64,000 bases of DNA from Pelagerythrobacter sp. (GTDB lineage: Bacteria > Pseudomonadota > Alphaproteobacteria > Sphingomonadales > Sphingomonadaceae): assembly GCF_041912895.1 (NCBI RefSeq), contig NZ_JAYSGI010000002.1, positions 521,339 to 585,338 of the forward strand. Reading direction: 5' to 3'. Numbering within the stretch: position 1 is the stretch's first letter; each line of letters begins with the position of its first letter. The notes beneath the pieces are model-generated. The model did no database searches and was not told where the DNA came from. It saw only the letters and a program-made list of their open reading frames with translations. Below are positions 27,834 to 37,729 of the stretch, in pieces. The position numbers and the translations under genes are program-made.

Positions 27834-28900
27834 ATCAGCAAATGCCCCGAACGGTCGCGCTTGGTCGCGAGGTAGCGGGTGTTGTGCGGATTGTCGGGTA
27901 GCTGGTGCGGTACGCGCTCGGCGACCGCGATCCCGCTTGTCTCGAGCGCGGCGACCTTGGCCGGGTTGTTGGTCATCAGACGGATCGCCCTCACGCCGAG
28001 CAGTTCGAGCATCCGCGCCGCCACCGGGAAATCCCGCGCTTCGTCGGGCAGGCCGAGGCGGCGGTTGGCGTCCACGGTGTCGAAGCCCTGATCCTGCAGG
28101 CGGTAGGCGCGCAGCTTGTTGACCAGCCCGATCCCGCGCCCTTCCTGCCGCAGATAGAGCAGCACGCCCCAACTGCCGCGCCCGGCCTCGTGCGCCATCG
28201 CGTGGAGCGCGGCGTCGAGCTGCGGGCCGCAATCGCATTTCAGGCTGCCGAGGATGTCGCCGGTCAGGCATTCGGAGTGGAGCCGCACCAGCGGGGCCAC
28301 GTCGCTGCGTTGTTCGCCGATCACCAGCGCGACATGTTCGCGCAAGTCGTCGGCGCTGCGGAACGCGACGATCTGCGCATCCTCGCTCGCCGAGACAGGC
28401 AGGCGCGCGCGGGTGGCGATGCGCAGCGCCGCGCTGTCGGCCCATGCCGCGAGGTCTGTGGCGACGACCGGCTGCGCTTCGCCCGCGTCGGCCGGATCGA
28501 CCAGGAACGCGGGCAGGATTCCCGCGATGCGCGCGAACTCGAGCGCTGCTCGCGCCTGCTCGGGCCAGTCGATATCCTCGGCGCGAAACGGCCCCTTCAG
28601 CGGGGTGCGCAGGTCGAGCGCGGGATCGGCGACGGGCAGCGCGGCGACAAGATCGAACAGCTCGGCCCCGCGGATCAGCACCGGCGCGTGCGGCTCGGCA
28701 GCGGTGCGCTGGTTGGCGAGCTTCAATGTTTCCGCGCGCGCCGCCGAAATCAGCATCCGCTCCGCCACCGCCTCGCGCGCCACAGCGGTTTCCACCGGCA
28801 GCAGCACCGGCCCGCCGTCCATCGCCAGCGGCCAGCCGTGGCGCAGCGCGTCGATCGCCTGCGCGGCGCGGCGGGCCGGGGATGGCCCGGGAGCGGTCAG
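27830..28900 (-). CDS. ribA: GTP cyclohydrolase II with degenerate N-terminal domain
   Basis: VRLHSECLTGDILGSLKCDCG, YLRQEGRGIGL, MTNNPAKV; start uncertain (CTG at 28900 or ATG at 28822). Confidence 0.92.
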   Translation of the reverse strand: MTAPGPSPARRAAQAIDALRHGWPLAMDGGPVLLPVETAVAREAVAERMLISAARAETLKLANQRTAAEPHAPVLIRGAELFDLVAALPVADPALDLRTPLKGPFRAEDIDWPEQARAALEFARIAGILPAFLVDPADAGEAQPVVATDLAAWADSAALRIATRARLPVSASEDAQIVAFRSADDLREHVALVIGEQRSDVAPLVRLHSECLTGDILGSLKCDCGPQLDAALHAMAHEAGRGSWGVLLYLRQEGRGIGLVNKLRAYRLQDQGFDTVDANRRLGLPDEARDFPVAARMLELLGVRAIRLMTNNPAKVAALETSGIAVAERVPHQLPDNPHNTRYLATKRDRSGHLLI

Positions 28901-29700
28901 AGGTCGAACTCGGTGATCAGCGGCACGTGGTCGCTCGGGCTTTCCCAGCGCCGCGTCTCTTCCACGAAGCGGTGGCTCTTCGCCTGCGCGGCGAGGTCGG
29001 GGCTGGCCCACATGTGGTCGAGCCGCCGGCCCTGGTCCTTCTGCCGCCAGAAGCTGCGATAAGACCACCACGAATAGTTGCGCTCCGGCTCGGGGATGAA
29101 CCGGCGGCCCAGATCGACCCAGCCGTGCGCGTCGCGGAACCGCGCGAGCGTCTCGACCTCCACGGGCGTGTGGCTGACGACCTTGAGCAGCGCCTTGTGA
29201 TCGTAGACGTCGCTTTCGAGCGGGGCGATGTTGAAATCGCCGACGATCAGCGTGGGCCGGTCGAGCGCGTCGGCCCAGCGCGTCATCCGTTCGAGGAAAT
29301 CGAGCTTCTGGCCGAATTTCAGGTTCACTTCGCGATCGGGAATGTCGCCGCCCGCCGGGATATAGACGTTCTCCAGCACCATGCCCTTGCCCGAACCGGC
29401 TTTGGGCCCGAGCAACTCCACCCCGACATGACGGGCCTCGCCGTTGTCCTGCCAGTCATGCCGGGAAAACTCGCGCATGGGCACGCGGCTGACGGTGGCG
29501 ACGCCGTGATAGCCCTTCTGCCCGTGCACCGCCTGGTGGACGTAGCCGAGATCGGCCAGCGCCTTGGCCGGAAACTGCGCTTCCTGGCACTTGATCTCCT
29601 GCAGGCACAGCACATCGGGCGAATGCTCGATCAGCACGCGCTTGACCTGCTCGATACGCAGGCGGACCGAATTGATGTTCCAGGTGGCTATCGAGATCAT
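28897..29700 (-). CDS. xth: Exodeoxyribonuclease III
   Basis: IATWNINSVR, LCLQEIK, GDFNIAP, RRLDH, PSDHVP. Confidence 0.95.
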   Translation of the reverse strand: MISIATWNINSVRLRIEQVKRVLIEHSPDVLCLQEIKCQEAQFPAKALADLGYVHQAVHGQKGYHGVATVSRVPMREFSRHDWQDNGEARHVGVELLGPKAGSGKGMVLENVYIPAGGDIPDREVNLKFGQKLDFLERMTRWADALDRPTLIVGDFNIAPLESDVYDHKALLKVVSHTPVEVETLARFRDAHGWVDLGRRFIPEPERNYSWWSYRSFWRQKDQGRRLDHMWASPDLAAQAKSHRFVEETRRWESPSDHVPLITEFDL

Positions 29701-29706
29701 GCAGGC

Positions 29707-29735
29707 GGGATAGGCAGCGCGTCATGGCGCCGCAA
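29707..29735 (-). promoter_or_regulatory. Sigma70-like leaderless promoter of xth
   Basis: TTGCGG-N17-TATCCC-N6-ATG; no SD. Confidence 0.45.
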
Positions 29736-29748
29736 GCAGGGCGACAAC

Positions 29749-29785
29749 AAAAAACCCTCGTGCCGGGGGCATTGGCACGAGGGTT
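29749..29785 (-). terminator. Intrinsic terminator
   Basis: AACCCTCGTGCC-N9-GGCACGAGGGTT-TTTT. Confidence 0.88.
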
Positions 29786-29876
29786 CCATGTTAGCGTTCG
29801 TCACGCTTTGTACAAAGCGACCTTTCTTGCGAGGTCAGGGCAACAGGGGGGAAACCCGCCTCGAGCCGCCTTGTGG
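29749..29876 (-). ncRNA. Candidate small RNA (~125 nt)
   Basis: Own promoter TTGGCT-N17-TATTTT (29910-29882), internal hairpins, C-rich loop, 12-bp-stem terminator with U6. Confidence 0.55.
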
Positions 29877-29964
29877 ATTACAAAATAGGCGCGCTGTGCT
29901 TTCTAGCCAATGAACAATCGACCGCGTCTCGTCGCAAGCTGCGAACCGCATGTCGCCGATGCGT

Positions 29965-30627
29965 TCACCGGGGGCGACGGGTGGAACGGCGCGGATCCTG
30001 ATAAGTGAACGCGCTGTCCGCCACCTGCACGCCGTACTTATGATTCCGCAGGCGCACCGTGGTGCGATTGTTCTGCGCATCGAGCGCGACCCAGTTGGTC
30101 AGTTGCAGCCCGCCGGGCGCGGAGGCATTGCGGCTGAAGATCAGCGTGATTACGCCGAACTGCGGCTTACTGGTGTCGCGCACTTCGACGCTGACGACAT
30201 CGGGATGGTCGGTGGACACGAGCTTGCCGTACCGCTTCACGTCGCGGCTGGGATCGAGCAGCGCGCCGAGCGGCGAATCGGAAATCGGCCAGCGCTCGAC
30301 CTGGTTCACCTCGTAATCGATCATCGTGAACGACTTGCCGTTGGACACCAGCAGCAGCGGCACGCCGTCTTCGTACTGGAAGCGGATCTTGCCGGGGCGC
30401 TTGAGCGTCATCTCGCCCGAGACGGTCTGGCCCTTGCGGTCGGTCTGCGTGAAATCGGCCTTCATCGTGCTGATCCCGCGCAGCGCGGCCACCGCGCGGT
30501 CGAGATCGCCTTCGGCAGCGGCCACCGGGGCGGCAGGGGCGAGCAGCGCCGCAGGTGCGGCAATGGCCAGCGCGCCGGCGATTGCCAGGCGCGCGGGAGT
30601 GAGGGCGAATTTGTGCACTGTGTTCAT
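29965..30627 (-). CDS. lolA: Outer-membrane lipoprotein carrier protein
   Basis: Signal peptide; MKADFTQ, LKRPGKIRFQY; adjacent to xth. Confidence 0.88.
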   Translation of the reverse strand: MNTVHKFALTPARLAIAGALAIAAPAALLAPAAPVAAAEGDLDRAVAALRGISTMKADFTQTDRKGQTVSGEMTLKRPGKIRFQYEDGVPLLLVSNGKSFTMIDYEVNQVERWPISDSPLGALLDPSRDVKRYGKLVSTDHPDVVSVEVRDTSKPQFGVITLIFSRNASAPGGLQLTNWVALDAQNNRTTVRLRNHKYGVQVADSAFTYQDPRRSTRRPR

Positions 30628-30690
30628 GCTCCGTGGCTATGTCCGGAGCGTTGAACCGATCCTGAATTCATCCGGTTCCGGAAATTCAGC

Positions 30691-30858
30691 TTACTTGATC
30701 TTCGCTTCCTTGAACTCGACGTGCTTGCGCGCGACGGGATCGTACTTGCGGAAGGTCATCTTCTCGGTGATGTTCCGGGGGTTCTTCTTGGTCACGTAGT
30801 AGAAGCCCGTGTCGGCGGTCGAGACGAGCTTGATCTTGACGGTGGTGGGCTTCGCCAT
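30691..30858 (-). CDS. rpmG: 50S ribosomal protein L33 (zinc-free form); absent from the ORF track
   Basis: [55 protein letters not shown]. Confidence 0.98.
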   Translation of the reverse strand: MAKPTTVKIKLVSTADTGFYYVTKKNPRNITEKMTFRKYDPVARKHVEFKEAKIK

Positions 30859-30976
30859 GGCGTGTTCCTAAAGATCGATCTGTGGGCTGCTGTGGCCCGA
30901 AAAAATACGGGCGGCGCACACGGCACCGCCATTCCGGCGCGGCCATTGGGCGATTCACCGGCGAAAGTCAAGCTGG

Positions 30977-31381
30977 CTACCAGTCGACCTTGCCGCGATT
31001 GGCCTTGACCGCGCCGCGCGTCTTCTTGGCCTTGAGCCGCTTGACCTTGCCCACCCGGTTGACCCGGCTCTTGGCCCGCTTTGCCGGCGGGGTCAGCGCT
31101 TCGTTCAGCAGCGCGGCGAGCCGTTCGCGCGCGGCCTCCCGGTTCGCTTCCTGCGTGCGGTATTCGCGCGCGGTCAGCACGATCTCTCCGCCCTGCGTCA
31201 TTCGGCTGCCGGCGATTTCCTTGAGCCGGTTGAACGCATCGGGCGGCATGCCGAGAGCGAACACGTCGACCCGCAACTGCACGGCGGTGGCGACCTTGTT
31301 GACGTTCTGGCCGCCCGGCCCGCTCGCGGCGATGAACTTCTCTTCCGCGATTTCCAGCGCGCGATCGAGGATTCTACCCAT
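30977..31381 (-). CDS. arfB: Alternative ribosome rescue peptidyl-tRNA hydrolase
   Basis: SGPGGQNVNKVATAVQLR (GGQ motif), RTQEANR, basic C-terminal tail. Confidence 0.93.
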   Translation of the reverse strand: MGRILDRALEIAEEKFIAASGPGGQNVNKVATAVQLRVDVFALGMPPDAFNRLKEIAGSRMTQGGEIVLTAREYRTQEANREAARERLAALLNEALTPPAKRAKSRVNRVGKVKRLKAKKTRGAVKANRGKVDW

Positions 31382-32039
31382 CCGGAAACCCCAGCGCCGC
31401 GAAATCGGCAGGCAGGGGCGCGGCGGCTTCGATCGGGGGCTTGCCTTCGCGCTGCACCGTCAGCCCGGCGGCGTGGAGCATCGTGCGCGGCGCGCCCTTG
31501 CCCGTGCCGTAGACCGGATCGCCGAGCAGCGGCAGGCCGAGCCCGCTCGCCGCGTGGACGCGAATCTGGTGCGTGCGCCCCGTCTCGGGCCGGAACTCGA
31601 CCAGCGTGCGCCCACCGTTCGCATCCTCTTGCCGCGCGAGCACGCGCCAGTGTGTGACCGAGGGCTTGCCCTTCTTCGCCGGGATCATCCGCCAGCCCTT
31701 CTCGGCGGAGGAAATCTTGCTGAGCGACAGTTCGATCGTGCCCTCGTCCTCCGTCGGAACGCCGTCGAGAATGCCGAGATAGCGCTTACCGACCTGCCGC
31801 TCCTCGAACGCCCTGGCGAATCGCTTCAGCGCCTTCGGATTGCGCGCCAGCAGCAGGCAGCCCGAGGTATCGGTGTCGAGCCGATGCACCGCCACAGGCG
31901 CGCGCTGGAAGCCGAGCTTGAGCGTGTCGAGGTGATCCTCCAGCGAAACGCCGCCCTTGCGCGGGCGCTCGATCGGTAGCCCGCCGGGCTTGTCGATCAC
32001 CAGCGCTTCGCCGTCTTCGAACAGGATATCGATCGTCAT
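31374..32039 (-). CDS. RluA family pseudouridine synthase
   Basis: VIDKPGG, VHRLDTDTSG, TGRTHQIRVH, GDPVYG. Confidence 0.93.
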   Translation of the reverse strand: MTIDILFEDGEALVIDKPGGLPIERPRKGGVSLEDHLDTLKLGFQRAPVAVHRLDTDTSGCLLLARNPKALKRFARAFEERQVGKRYLGILDGVPTEDEGTIELSLSKISSAEKGWRMIPAKKGKPSVTHWRVLARQEDANGGRTLVEFRPETGRTHQIRVHAASGLGLPLLGDPVYGTGKGAPRTMLHAAGLTVQREGKPPIEAAAPLPADFAALGFPDG

Positions 32040-33859
32040 ACAAGTATCGCCCGCATCAGCCCGCGCAGGGCGTTGCCTGTGAAAAATCCGCCGTCGAGGT
32101 CGGCCAGCGTCAGCTCCGCCTCGCGCGCCTTGCCCTGCTCGATCAGCGCGCCGCGCCGCACGCCGGGCAGCAGGCCCAGTCGCGTAGGCGGGGTCAGCAA
32201 CACGCCGTCGCGTTCCATGAACACGTTGGTGAAGCTGCCTTCGGTCACCAGCCCGTCGTCGCGCACGAACAGCGCCTCGTCGGCGCCTGCGTCGTGCGCA
32301 ACCGCCAGCGCATCGGCGTAGAACCCGCGATCGGTGGTCTTGTGCCGCAGCCGCCAGTCCCCCGGATCGACCGGCAGCGGCAGCGCGATGCAGCGTACCG
32401 GCTCGCCCGGCGGTTCGGGGATGTCGCTCGCCTCCAGCGCGATCGCGCCGCTGCGCGAGGTGAGCAGCCGCACGCGCGATTCGCGCTCCAGCTCGAAGCA
32501 CAGCGCCTGGATGCGGTTGCGCGCCGCGTGACGGTCGAACGCGAAGCCGAGCGCGGCGGCGCTGGCCTTCATGCGCTCGAGGTGCCCTTCGATCAGCGCG
32601 ATCCCTTCGTCGGGCGTGAAGCGCATCGTCTCGATCAGGTCGAAGCCGGGCGCGCGGTGATCGGGCGAACTGCGCCGCGCGAAGCCGCCTTTCAGCAGCG
32701 CCTCGCGCCATTCGGCCAGCGGTTCGCTGTCGGCCACGATCGCCGAGCCGACGCCGAGCACCGCGCTGCCTTGCCCGTTCTCGATCGGTGTCAGCCGCAG
32801 CGTGCGGATCGCGACGTTGAACGCCGCGTCGCCATCAGGGGCGATCCGCCCGAGTGCGCCGCAGTAGGGTCCGCGCGCATCGCGCTCGACCTCGGCGATC
32901 AGCTCCATCGCGCGAATCTTGGGCGCGCCGGTGATCGAGCCGCAGGGGAAGACCGCGCGCAGCAGGTCCGCCGCGCTGCGCCCTTCGGTCAGCCGCGCGC
33001 GCACCGTGGTGACCATCTGGTGCACCGTGGGATAGCTCTCGACCGCGAACGGCGCCTCGACCCGCACGCTCCCCGCTTCGGCGACGCGCGACAGGTCGTT
33101 GCGCATCAGGTCGACGATCATCAGGTTTTCGGCGCGGTCCTTGTCCGAACCCGCAAGTTCCTCCGCCAGCGCGCAGTCCTCGGCCGGATCGTCGGCGCGC
33201 GGGCGGGTGCCCTTCATCGGCTTGGCCTTGGCCTCGCGCCCCATCAGCGACACGAACAGCTCGGGCGACAGCGACAGCAGCCAGTGCTGCCCGTCGAACA
33301 CCATGCCGCCATAGCCCGCCTGCGCCGCCGGGCGCAGCGCGGCGTAGAGCGCCAGCGGATCGCCGCGATAGGAACCGGCGAGCGGGAAGGTGAGGTTCGC
33401 CTGGTAGATGTCGCCCGCGCGGATCGCTTCCTGCAACCGCGCGAACGCCTCCTCGTAGGCGCCGGGCGAGACTTGGGGATCGAGCGGACCGAGCGACGCC
33501 TCGTCCCCCTCGTCGTCTTCGGCAGCACGCGCGGCCAGCCATTTCTCGACCTCGCCCGCCGGGATCACGATCTCGTGCTCGAAGCGGCCGAGCCACACGA
33601 GCGGCCCCGCCGCCCCGGTGCGCGCTTCGGCCAGCGCGAGCAGCTTCGGCTCCAGCGCCAGCCCCGCCTCGTAGGCGGCGAAACCCGCGAGCCACCCGCC
33701 ATGCTCCGCCCGCGCGGCATCGGCCGCGGCGAGCGCCGCCGCGACCTCGCCCGCCCGCCGCGCCACGAAGACTTCGGCCGGGTTCTCGTAGAGATGCGCG
33801 TCGACCGCGCCCTCGGCCCGCGCGTCGTCGAGCAGCACGAAGGGTTTGCGGTCGGCCAT
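32036..33859 (-). CDS. pabB: Aminodeoxychorismate synthase component I fused to a class IV aminotransferase/ADC-lyase-like domain
   Basis: GDIYQANLT, SPELF, KDRAENLMIVDLMRNDL, SITGAPKIRAMELI; C-terminal HKTTDR, TEGSFTN, GLLPGV. Confidence 0.92.
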   Translation of the reverse strand: MADRKPFVLLDDARAEGAVDAHLYENPAEVFVARRAGEVAAALAAADAARAEHGGWLAGFAAYEAGLALEPKLLALAEARTGAAGPLVWLGRFEHEIVIPAGEVEKWLAARAAEDDEGDEASLGPLDPQVSPGAYEEAFARLQEAIRAGDIYQANLTFPLAGSYRGDPLALYAALRPAAQAGYGGMVFDGQHWLLSLSPELFVSLMGREAKAKPMKGTRPRADDPAEDCALAEELAGSDKDRAENLMIVDLMRNDLSRVAEAGSVRVEAPFAVESYPTVHQMVTTVRARLTEGRSAADLLRAVFPCGSITGAPKIRAMELIAEVERDARGPYCGALGRIAPDGDAAFNVAIRTLRLTPIENGQGSAVLGVGSAIVADSEPLAEWREALLKGGFARRSSPDHRAPGFDLIETMRFTPDEGIALIEGHLERMKASAAALGFAFDRHAARNRIQALCFELERESRVRLLTSRSGAIALEASDIPEPPGEPVRCIALPLPVDPGDWRLRHKTTDRGFYADALAVAHDAGADEALFVRDDGLVTEGSFTNVFMERDGVLLTPPTRLGLLPGVRRGALIEQGKAREAELTLADLDGGFFTGNALRGLMRAILV

Positions 33860-33961
33860 CGCGCCCTGCCTTAGTGACTTCGCCGCGCAAGTCGAGAACT
33901 TGACCGCGTGCGCGCCGCTGCGCCATGCGGGATGCGGACCTGACGGCGGGAGCAACAGCAC

Positions 33962-35536
33962 ATGGGCGAAATTTTCCTCGGGCTTGGCGCGAACGGCGAG
34001 CGGCAGGTGCTCGATCTCGCCCGCGCCAACCGCCACGGGCTGATCGCGGGCGCGACCGGCACCGGCAAGACAGTGACGCTGCAGGGCCTCGCCGAAAGCT
34101 TCTCGGCAGAAGGCGTGCCGGTGTTCGTCGCCGATGTGAAGGGCGACCTGTCGGGTATCGCCATGCCCGGATCGCCGACCTTCAAGAACGCCGCCGCGCT
34201 CGAAAGCCGCGCCGCCGAGCTGGGCATGGCGGACTACGCCTATGCCGACAATCCGGCAGTGTTCTGGGATCTCTACGGCGAACAGGGCCACCCGATCCGC
34301 ACCACCATCTCCGAAATGGGGCCGCTGCTGCTGGCGCGCCTGCTCGATCTCAACGACACGCAGGAAGGGGTATTGCAGATCGTCTTCCGCCATGCCGACG
34401 AGAACGGGCTGCTGCTGCTTGACCTCGGCGATCTGCAGGCGATGCTCGCGCATTGCGCGGAAAACTCGAAGGAACTGAGCGCGAAGTACGGCAACGTCAC
34501 CAAGGCGAGTGTCGGCACGATCCAGCGCCAGTTGCTCAGTTTCGAGAGTCAGGGCGCGGATCGCTTCTTCGGCGAGCCTGCGCTGGAGATCGACGATTTC
34601 CTCAAGTGCGACGACCAGGGGCGCGGGATCGTCAATGTGCTCGCCGCCGACAAACTGATGCGCAGCCCCAAGCTCTACGCCACCTTCCTGCTGTGGCTGC
34701 TGGCCGAACTGTTCGAGAGCCTGCCCGAGGTCGGCGACCCGGAGAAGCCGAAGCTGGTGTTCTTCTTCGACGAGGCGCACCTGCTGTTCGACGATGCGCC
34801 CGATGCCCTGCAGGACAAGATCGAGCAGGTGGTGCGCCTGATCCGGTCGAAGGGCGTGGGCGTGTTCTTCGTGACGCAGAACCCGATCGACATCCCGGAG
34901 AAGGTCGCGGGCCAGCTTGGCAACCGGGTGCAGCACGCGCTGCGCGCCTTCACCCCGCGCGACCAGCGCGCGATCAGGGCTGCGGCGGAAACCTTCCGCA
35001 TCAATCCCGATCTCGACGTCGAGACCGCGATCACCGAGCTGAAGGTGGGCGAGGCGCTGGTGTCCACGCTGATGGCCGACGGCGCGCCCTCTGTCGTCCA
35101 GCGCACGCTGATCAAGCCGCCGTGCAGCCGGTTGGGCCCGGTGACGGCGAAGGAACGCGCGATCATTCAGTCGGTCAGCCCGTTCGCGGGCAAATACGAC
35201 ACCGCGATCGACCGCGAGAGCGCGGAGGAGGTACTCGCGCAAAAGGCCGCCGATGCCGCCGCGACCGCCGGAGAGGTCGAGGAGAAGGGGCGTGCCGCAG
35301 TGGCGAAGGAGCCGCGCAAGTCGACCTCGATCTGGGGCAAGGCTATGAAACGCGCGGTCGGCGCAGCGACCGGATCGGGCGCAACGATCGCGGCAAGTGC
35401 GATCACCGGGCGCAAGTCGCGCGCCAATCCGATGAAGACCGCCGCGTCGTCCGGCATCGGCTCGCTCGCGACCGACCTCGCCGGGCCGCTTGCGGGCCGT
35501 TTCGTGCGCAATCTGATCGGCGGGCTGATGCGTTAG
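33962..35536 (+). CDS. HerA-like P-loop ATPase (DUF853/YjgR family)
   Basis: [40 protein letters not shown]. Confidence 0.9.
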   Translation: MGEIFLGLGANGERQVLDLARANRHGLIAGATGTGKTVTLQGLAESFSAEGVPVFVADVKGDLSGIAMPGSPTFKNAAALESRAAELGMADYAYADNPAVFWDLYGEQGHPIRTTISEMGPLLLARLLDLNDTQEGVLQIVFRHADENGLLLLDLGDLQAMLAHCAENSKELSAKYGNVTKASVGTIQRQLLSFESQGADRFFGEPALEIDDFLKCDDQGRGIVNVLAADKLMRSPKLYATFLLWLLAELFESLPEVGDPEKPKLVFFFDEAHLLFDDAPDALQDKIEQVVRLIRSKGVGVFFVTQNPIDIPEKVAGQLGNRVQHALRAFTPRDQRAIRAAAETFRINPDLDVETAITELKVGEALVSTLMADGAPSVVQRTLIKPPCSRLGPVTAKERAIIQSVSPFAGKYDTAIDRESAEEVLAQKAADAAATAGEVEEKGRAAVAKEPRKSTSIWGKAMKRAVGAATGSGATIAASAITGRKSRANPMKTAASSGIGSLATDLAGPLAGRFVRNLIGGLMR

Positions 35537-36933
35537 GGGAGCGGTAGCCGGATTTCGGCGCGCAAACCGCCCTCGGGCCGATTCGCCAGCGCGAGTTCGC
35601 CGCCGTGCTGCTCGGCGATCGCGCGGGCGAGCGTGAGGCCGAGGCCGGCGCCGCCCGTCTCGCGGTTGCGCGAGGCTTCGCCGCGGGTGAACGGCTCCAT
35701 CATGTCGGCGATCCGGCCCTCGGGAATACCCGGCCCTTCGTCGTCGACGCGCAGCACCACGTGTGCGCCCTTGCGCAGCAGCGTCACCTCGGCCCGCCCC
35801 GCGTAGCGGAGCGCGTTGCCGATCAGGTTGCGCAAGGCCCGGCGCAGCCAGGTGATGTGGACCGGCAGCACCGTGCGCGCGGTATCGCCCAGCACCACGG
35901 GCTCGCCCATGTCCTCGAATTCCTCGACCACCGCGGCGGTCAGCGCGGCGAGGTCGACGCGCTCGGGCGGCTCGCTCGCCCGGCCGACGCGCGCGAGCGA
36001 GAGGATGTCGTCGAGCGAGCGGGTGATGTCCTCGATGCCCGCCGCCATCTTGGCGCGCTCGCCTTCGTCCTCGACCGATTCGATGCGCACACGCAGCGCG
36101 GCGAGCGGGGTTTTCAGATCATGCCCGATCGCGCCGAGCATCACGTCCTTCTCGTCGAGCAGCGCGGCGATCCGCGCTTCCATCGCGTTGTGCGCGGCGA
36201 TCAGGCGGCGCACGTCGTGCGGCCCCTGCGGCGCGAGCTGGCCGTCCGCGCTCTGGGTGCGCGCGAAGCTCTCCGTGCGGCCGGTCAGCGCGGCGAGCGG
36301 GCGGGTGATGCGGCGCAGCAGCAGGAAATGCAGGCCCACCAGCAGCACGTAGATCACCAGCGTCTGGAGCAGGATGGACCCGATCACCCCGCGCGGGGTG
36401 GGTGGGATCGGCACGCGCGCCACACTCCATTCGCTGCTGCCGCTGCGCTGGAGCGCGGCGACGAGCAGCCGCCGTTCGCCCGCGTCGCGCCGTTCGTAGC
36501 GCGCCTGCCAGCGGGGCCGCGCGGTGACGAAGGGATCGTCGAGCGCGTCGCGTTCGGTCACCACGATCCGGCCTACCGCCACCTCGCGGTCCTCGACCAG
36601 TGCGCGCAACTCGCTCGCCAGTCCGGCGTCGGCGGTCTCGCCTGGCAGCAGGGCGAAGCTCCCGGTGTGCTCGATTCGCAGCGATCGCGGATAGCGCCGG
36701 CGTTCGAAGCGGCGGCGCTCGCCCGCATCCTCGGCCCGCTCGCGCGGTTCGCGCGCCCGTTCGTCGCGCACCACGAGCGCGAAGGCGGCGGCGTTGAGCA
36801 CCGCGCCTTCGCGCCGCGTATCGGCCGCGCGCCACAGCAGCGCGGCGGAAATCGCCTGCGCGATCAGCAGCACCGCCGCGACCGCGAGCAGCATCTGGCC
36901 GAGCAGGCTGCGGGGCCAGAGCCGGGTTGTCAC
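35533..36933 (-). CDS. Sensor histidine kinase (HAMP-HisKA-HATPase)
   Basis: Two TM segments; [30 protein letters not shown]; GTG start. Confidence 0.93.
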   Translation of the reverse strand: MTTRLWPRSLLGQMLLAVAAVLLIAQAISAALLWRAADTRREGAVLNAAAFALVVRDERAREPRERAEDAGERRRFERRRYPRSLRIEHTGSFALLPGETADAGLASELRALVEDREVAVGRIVVTERDALDDPFVTARPRWQARYERRDAGERRLLVAALQRSGSSEWSVARVPIPPTPRGVIGSILLQTLVIYVLLVGLHFLLLRRITRPLAALTGRTESFARTQSADGQLAPQGPHDVRRLIAAHNAMEARIAALLDEKDVMLGAIGHDLKTPLAALRVRIESVEDEGERAKMAAGIEDITRSLDDILSLARVGRASEPPERVDLAALTAAVVEEFEDMGEPVVLGDTARTVLPVHITWLRRALRNLIGNALRYAGRAEVTLLRKGAHVVLRVDDEGPGIPEGRIADMMEPFTRGEASRNRETGGAGLGLTLARAIAEQHGGELALANRPEGGLRAEIRLPLP

Positions 36934-37664
36934 GACCGCTCCGGCATCGCGCGGCGGACATCGGCCGCGAAGCGGTAGCCGCCGCCGCGCACGGTGAGGA
37001 TGAGCTGCGGATTGCGGCTGTCCGCCTCGATTTTGCGCCGCAGCCGGCTGACCTGGTTGTCCACCGCCCGGTCGAACAGGTGCGCCTCGCGCCCCTGTAC
37101 CATATCGAGCAGCCGGTCGCGGTCGAGCACCTGCCGGGCATGGTCGAGGAAGGCGCGCAGCAGACGGAACTCGGCGGTCGAGATCGGCACCACCGCGCCT
37201 TCCGGGTCGGTCAGCTTGCGCTTCATCGGGTCGAGCCGCCAGCCTTCGAACAGGTAATGCGCGTCGTCTTCCGGCGCCGCCGCGCCGCGGCCCGCGCGGC
37301 GCAGGACGGAGCGGATGCGCGCGACCAGCTCGCGCGGCTCGAACGGCTTGACCACGTAGTCGTCGGCGCCGATCTCCAGCCCGACGATGCGGTCGGTCGC
37401 CTCGCCCCGTGCGGTCAAGAAGATCACCGGGATCTCGCGCGATTCGACGAGGTGGCGGCACAGCGAAAGGCCGTCTTCCCCCGGCATCATCACATCGAGC
37501 AGGACGAGATCTGGCGCGCCTTCCATCAGCAGGCTGCGCGCCGCCGCCGCGCTCTCGGCCTGCTGCACGGCGAACCCCTGGCGGACGAGATAGTCGGCCA
37601 GGGGTTCGCGCAGGCTGGCCTCGTCGTCGACCAGCAGCAATCGGGTGGGGGCGGGAGCGTCCAT
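36930..37664 (-). CDS. OmpR-family response regulator
   Basis: LLVDDE, DVMMPGEDG, ADDYVVKPF, DRAVDNQVSRLRRKIE, TVRGGGY. Confidence 0.95.
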   Translation of the reverse strand: MDAPAPTRLLLVDDEASLREPLADYLVRQGFAVQQAESAAAARSLLMEGAPDLVLLDVMMPGEDGLSLCRHLVESREIPVIFLTARGEATDRIVGLEIGADDYVVKPFEPRELVARIRSVLRRAGRGAAAPEDDAHYLFEGWRLDPMKRKLTDPEGAVVPISTAEFRLLRAFLDHARQVLDRDRLLDMVQGREAHLFDRAVDNQVSRLRRKIEADSRNPQLILTVRGGGYRFAADVRRAMPERS

Positions 37665-37729
37665 CGCGGTAGCTAGCCCCGCCGCCGCGCGCCGATCAAG
37701 CGGCACGGGCGGCGGGGCCGCGTTTCGGG

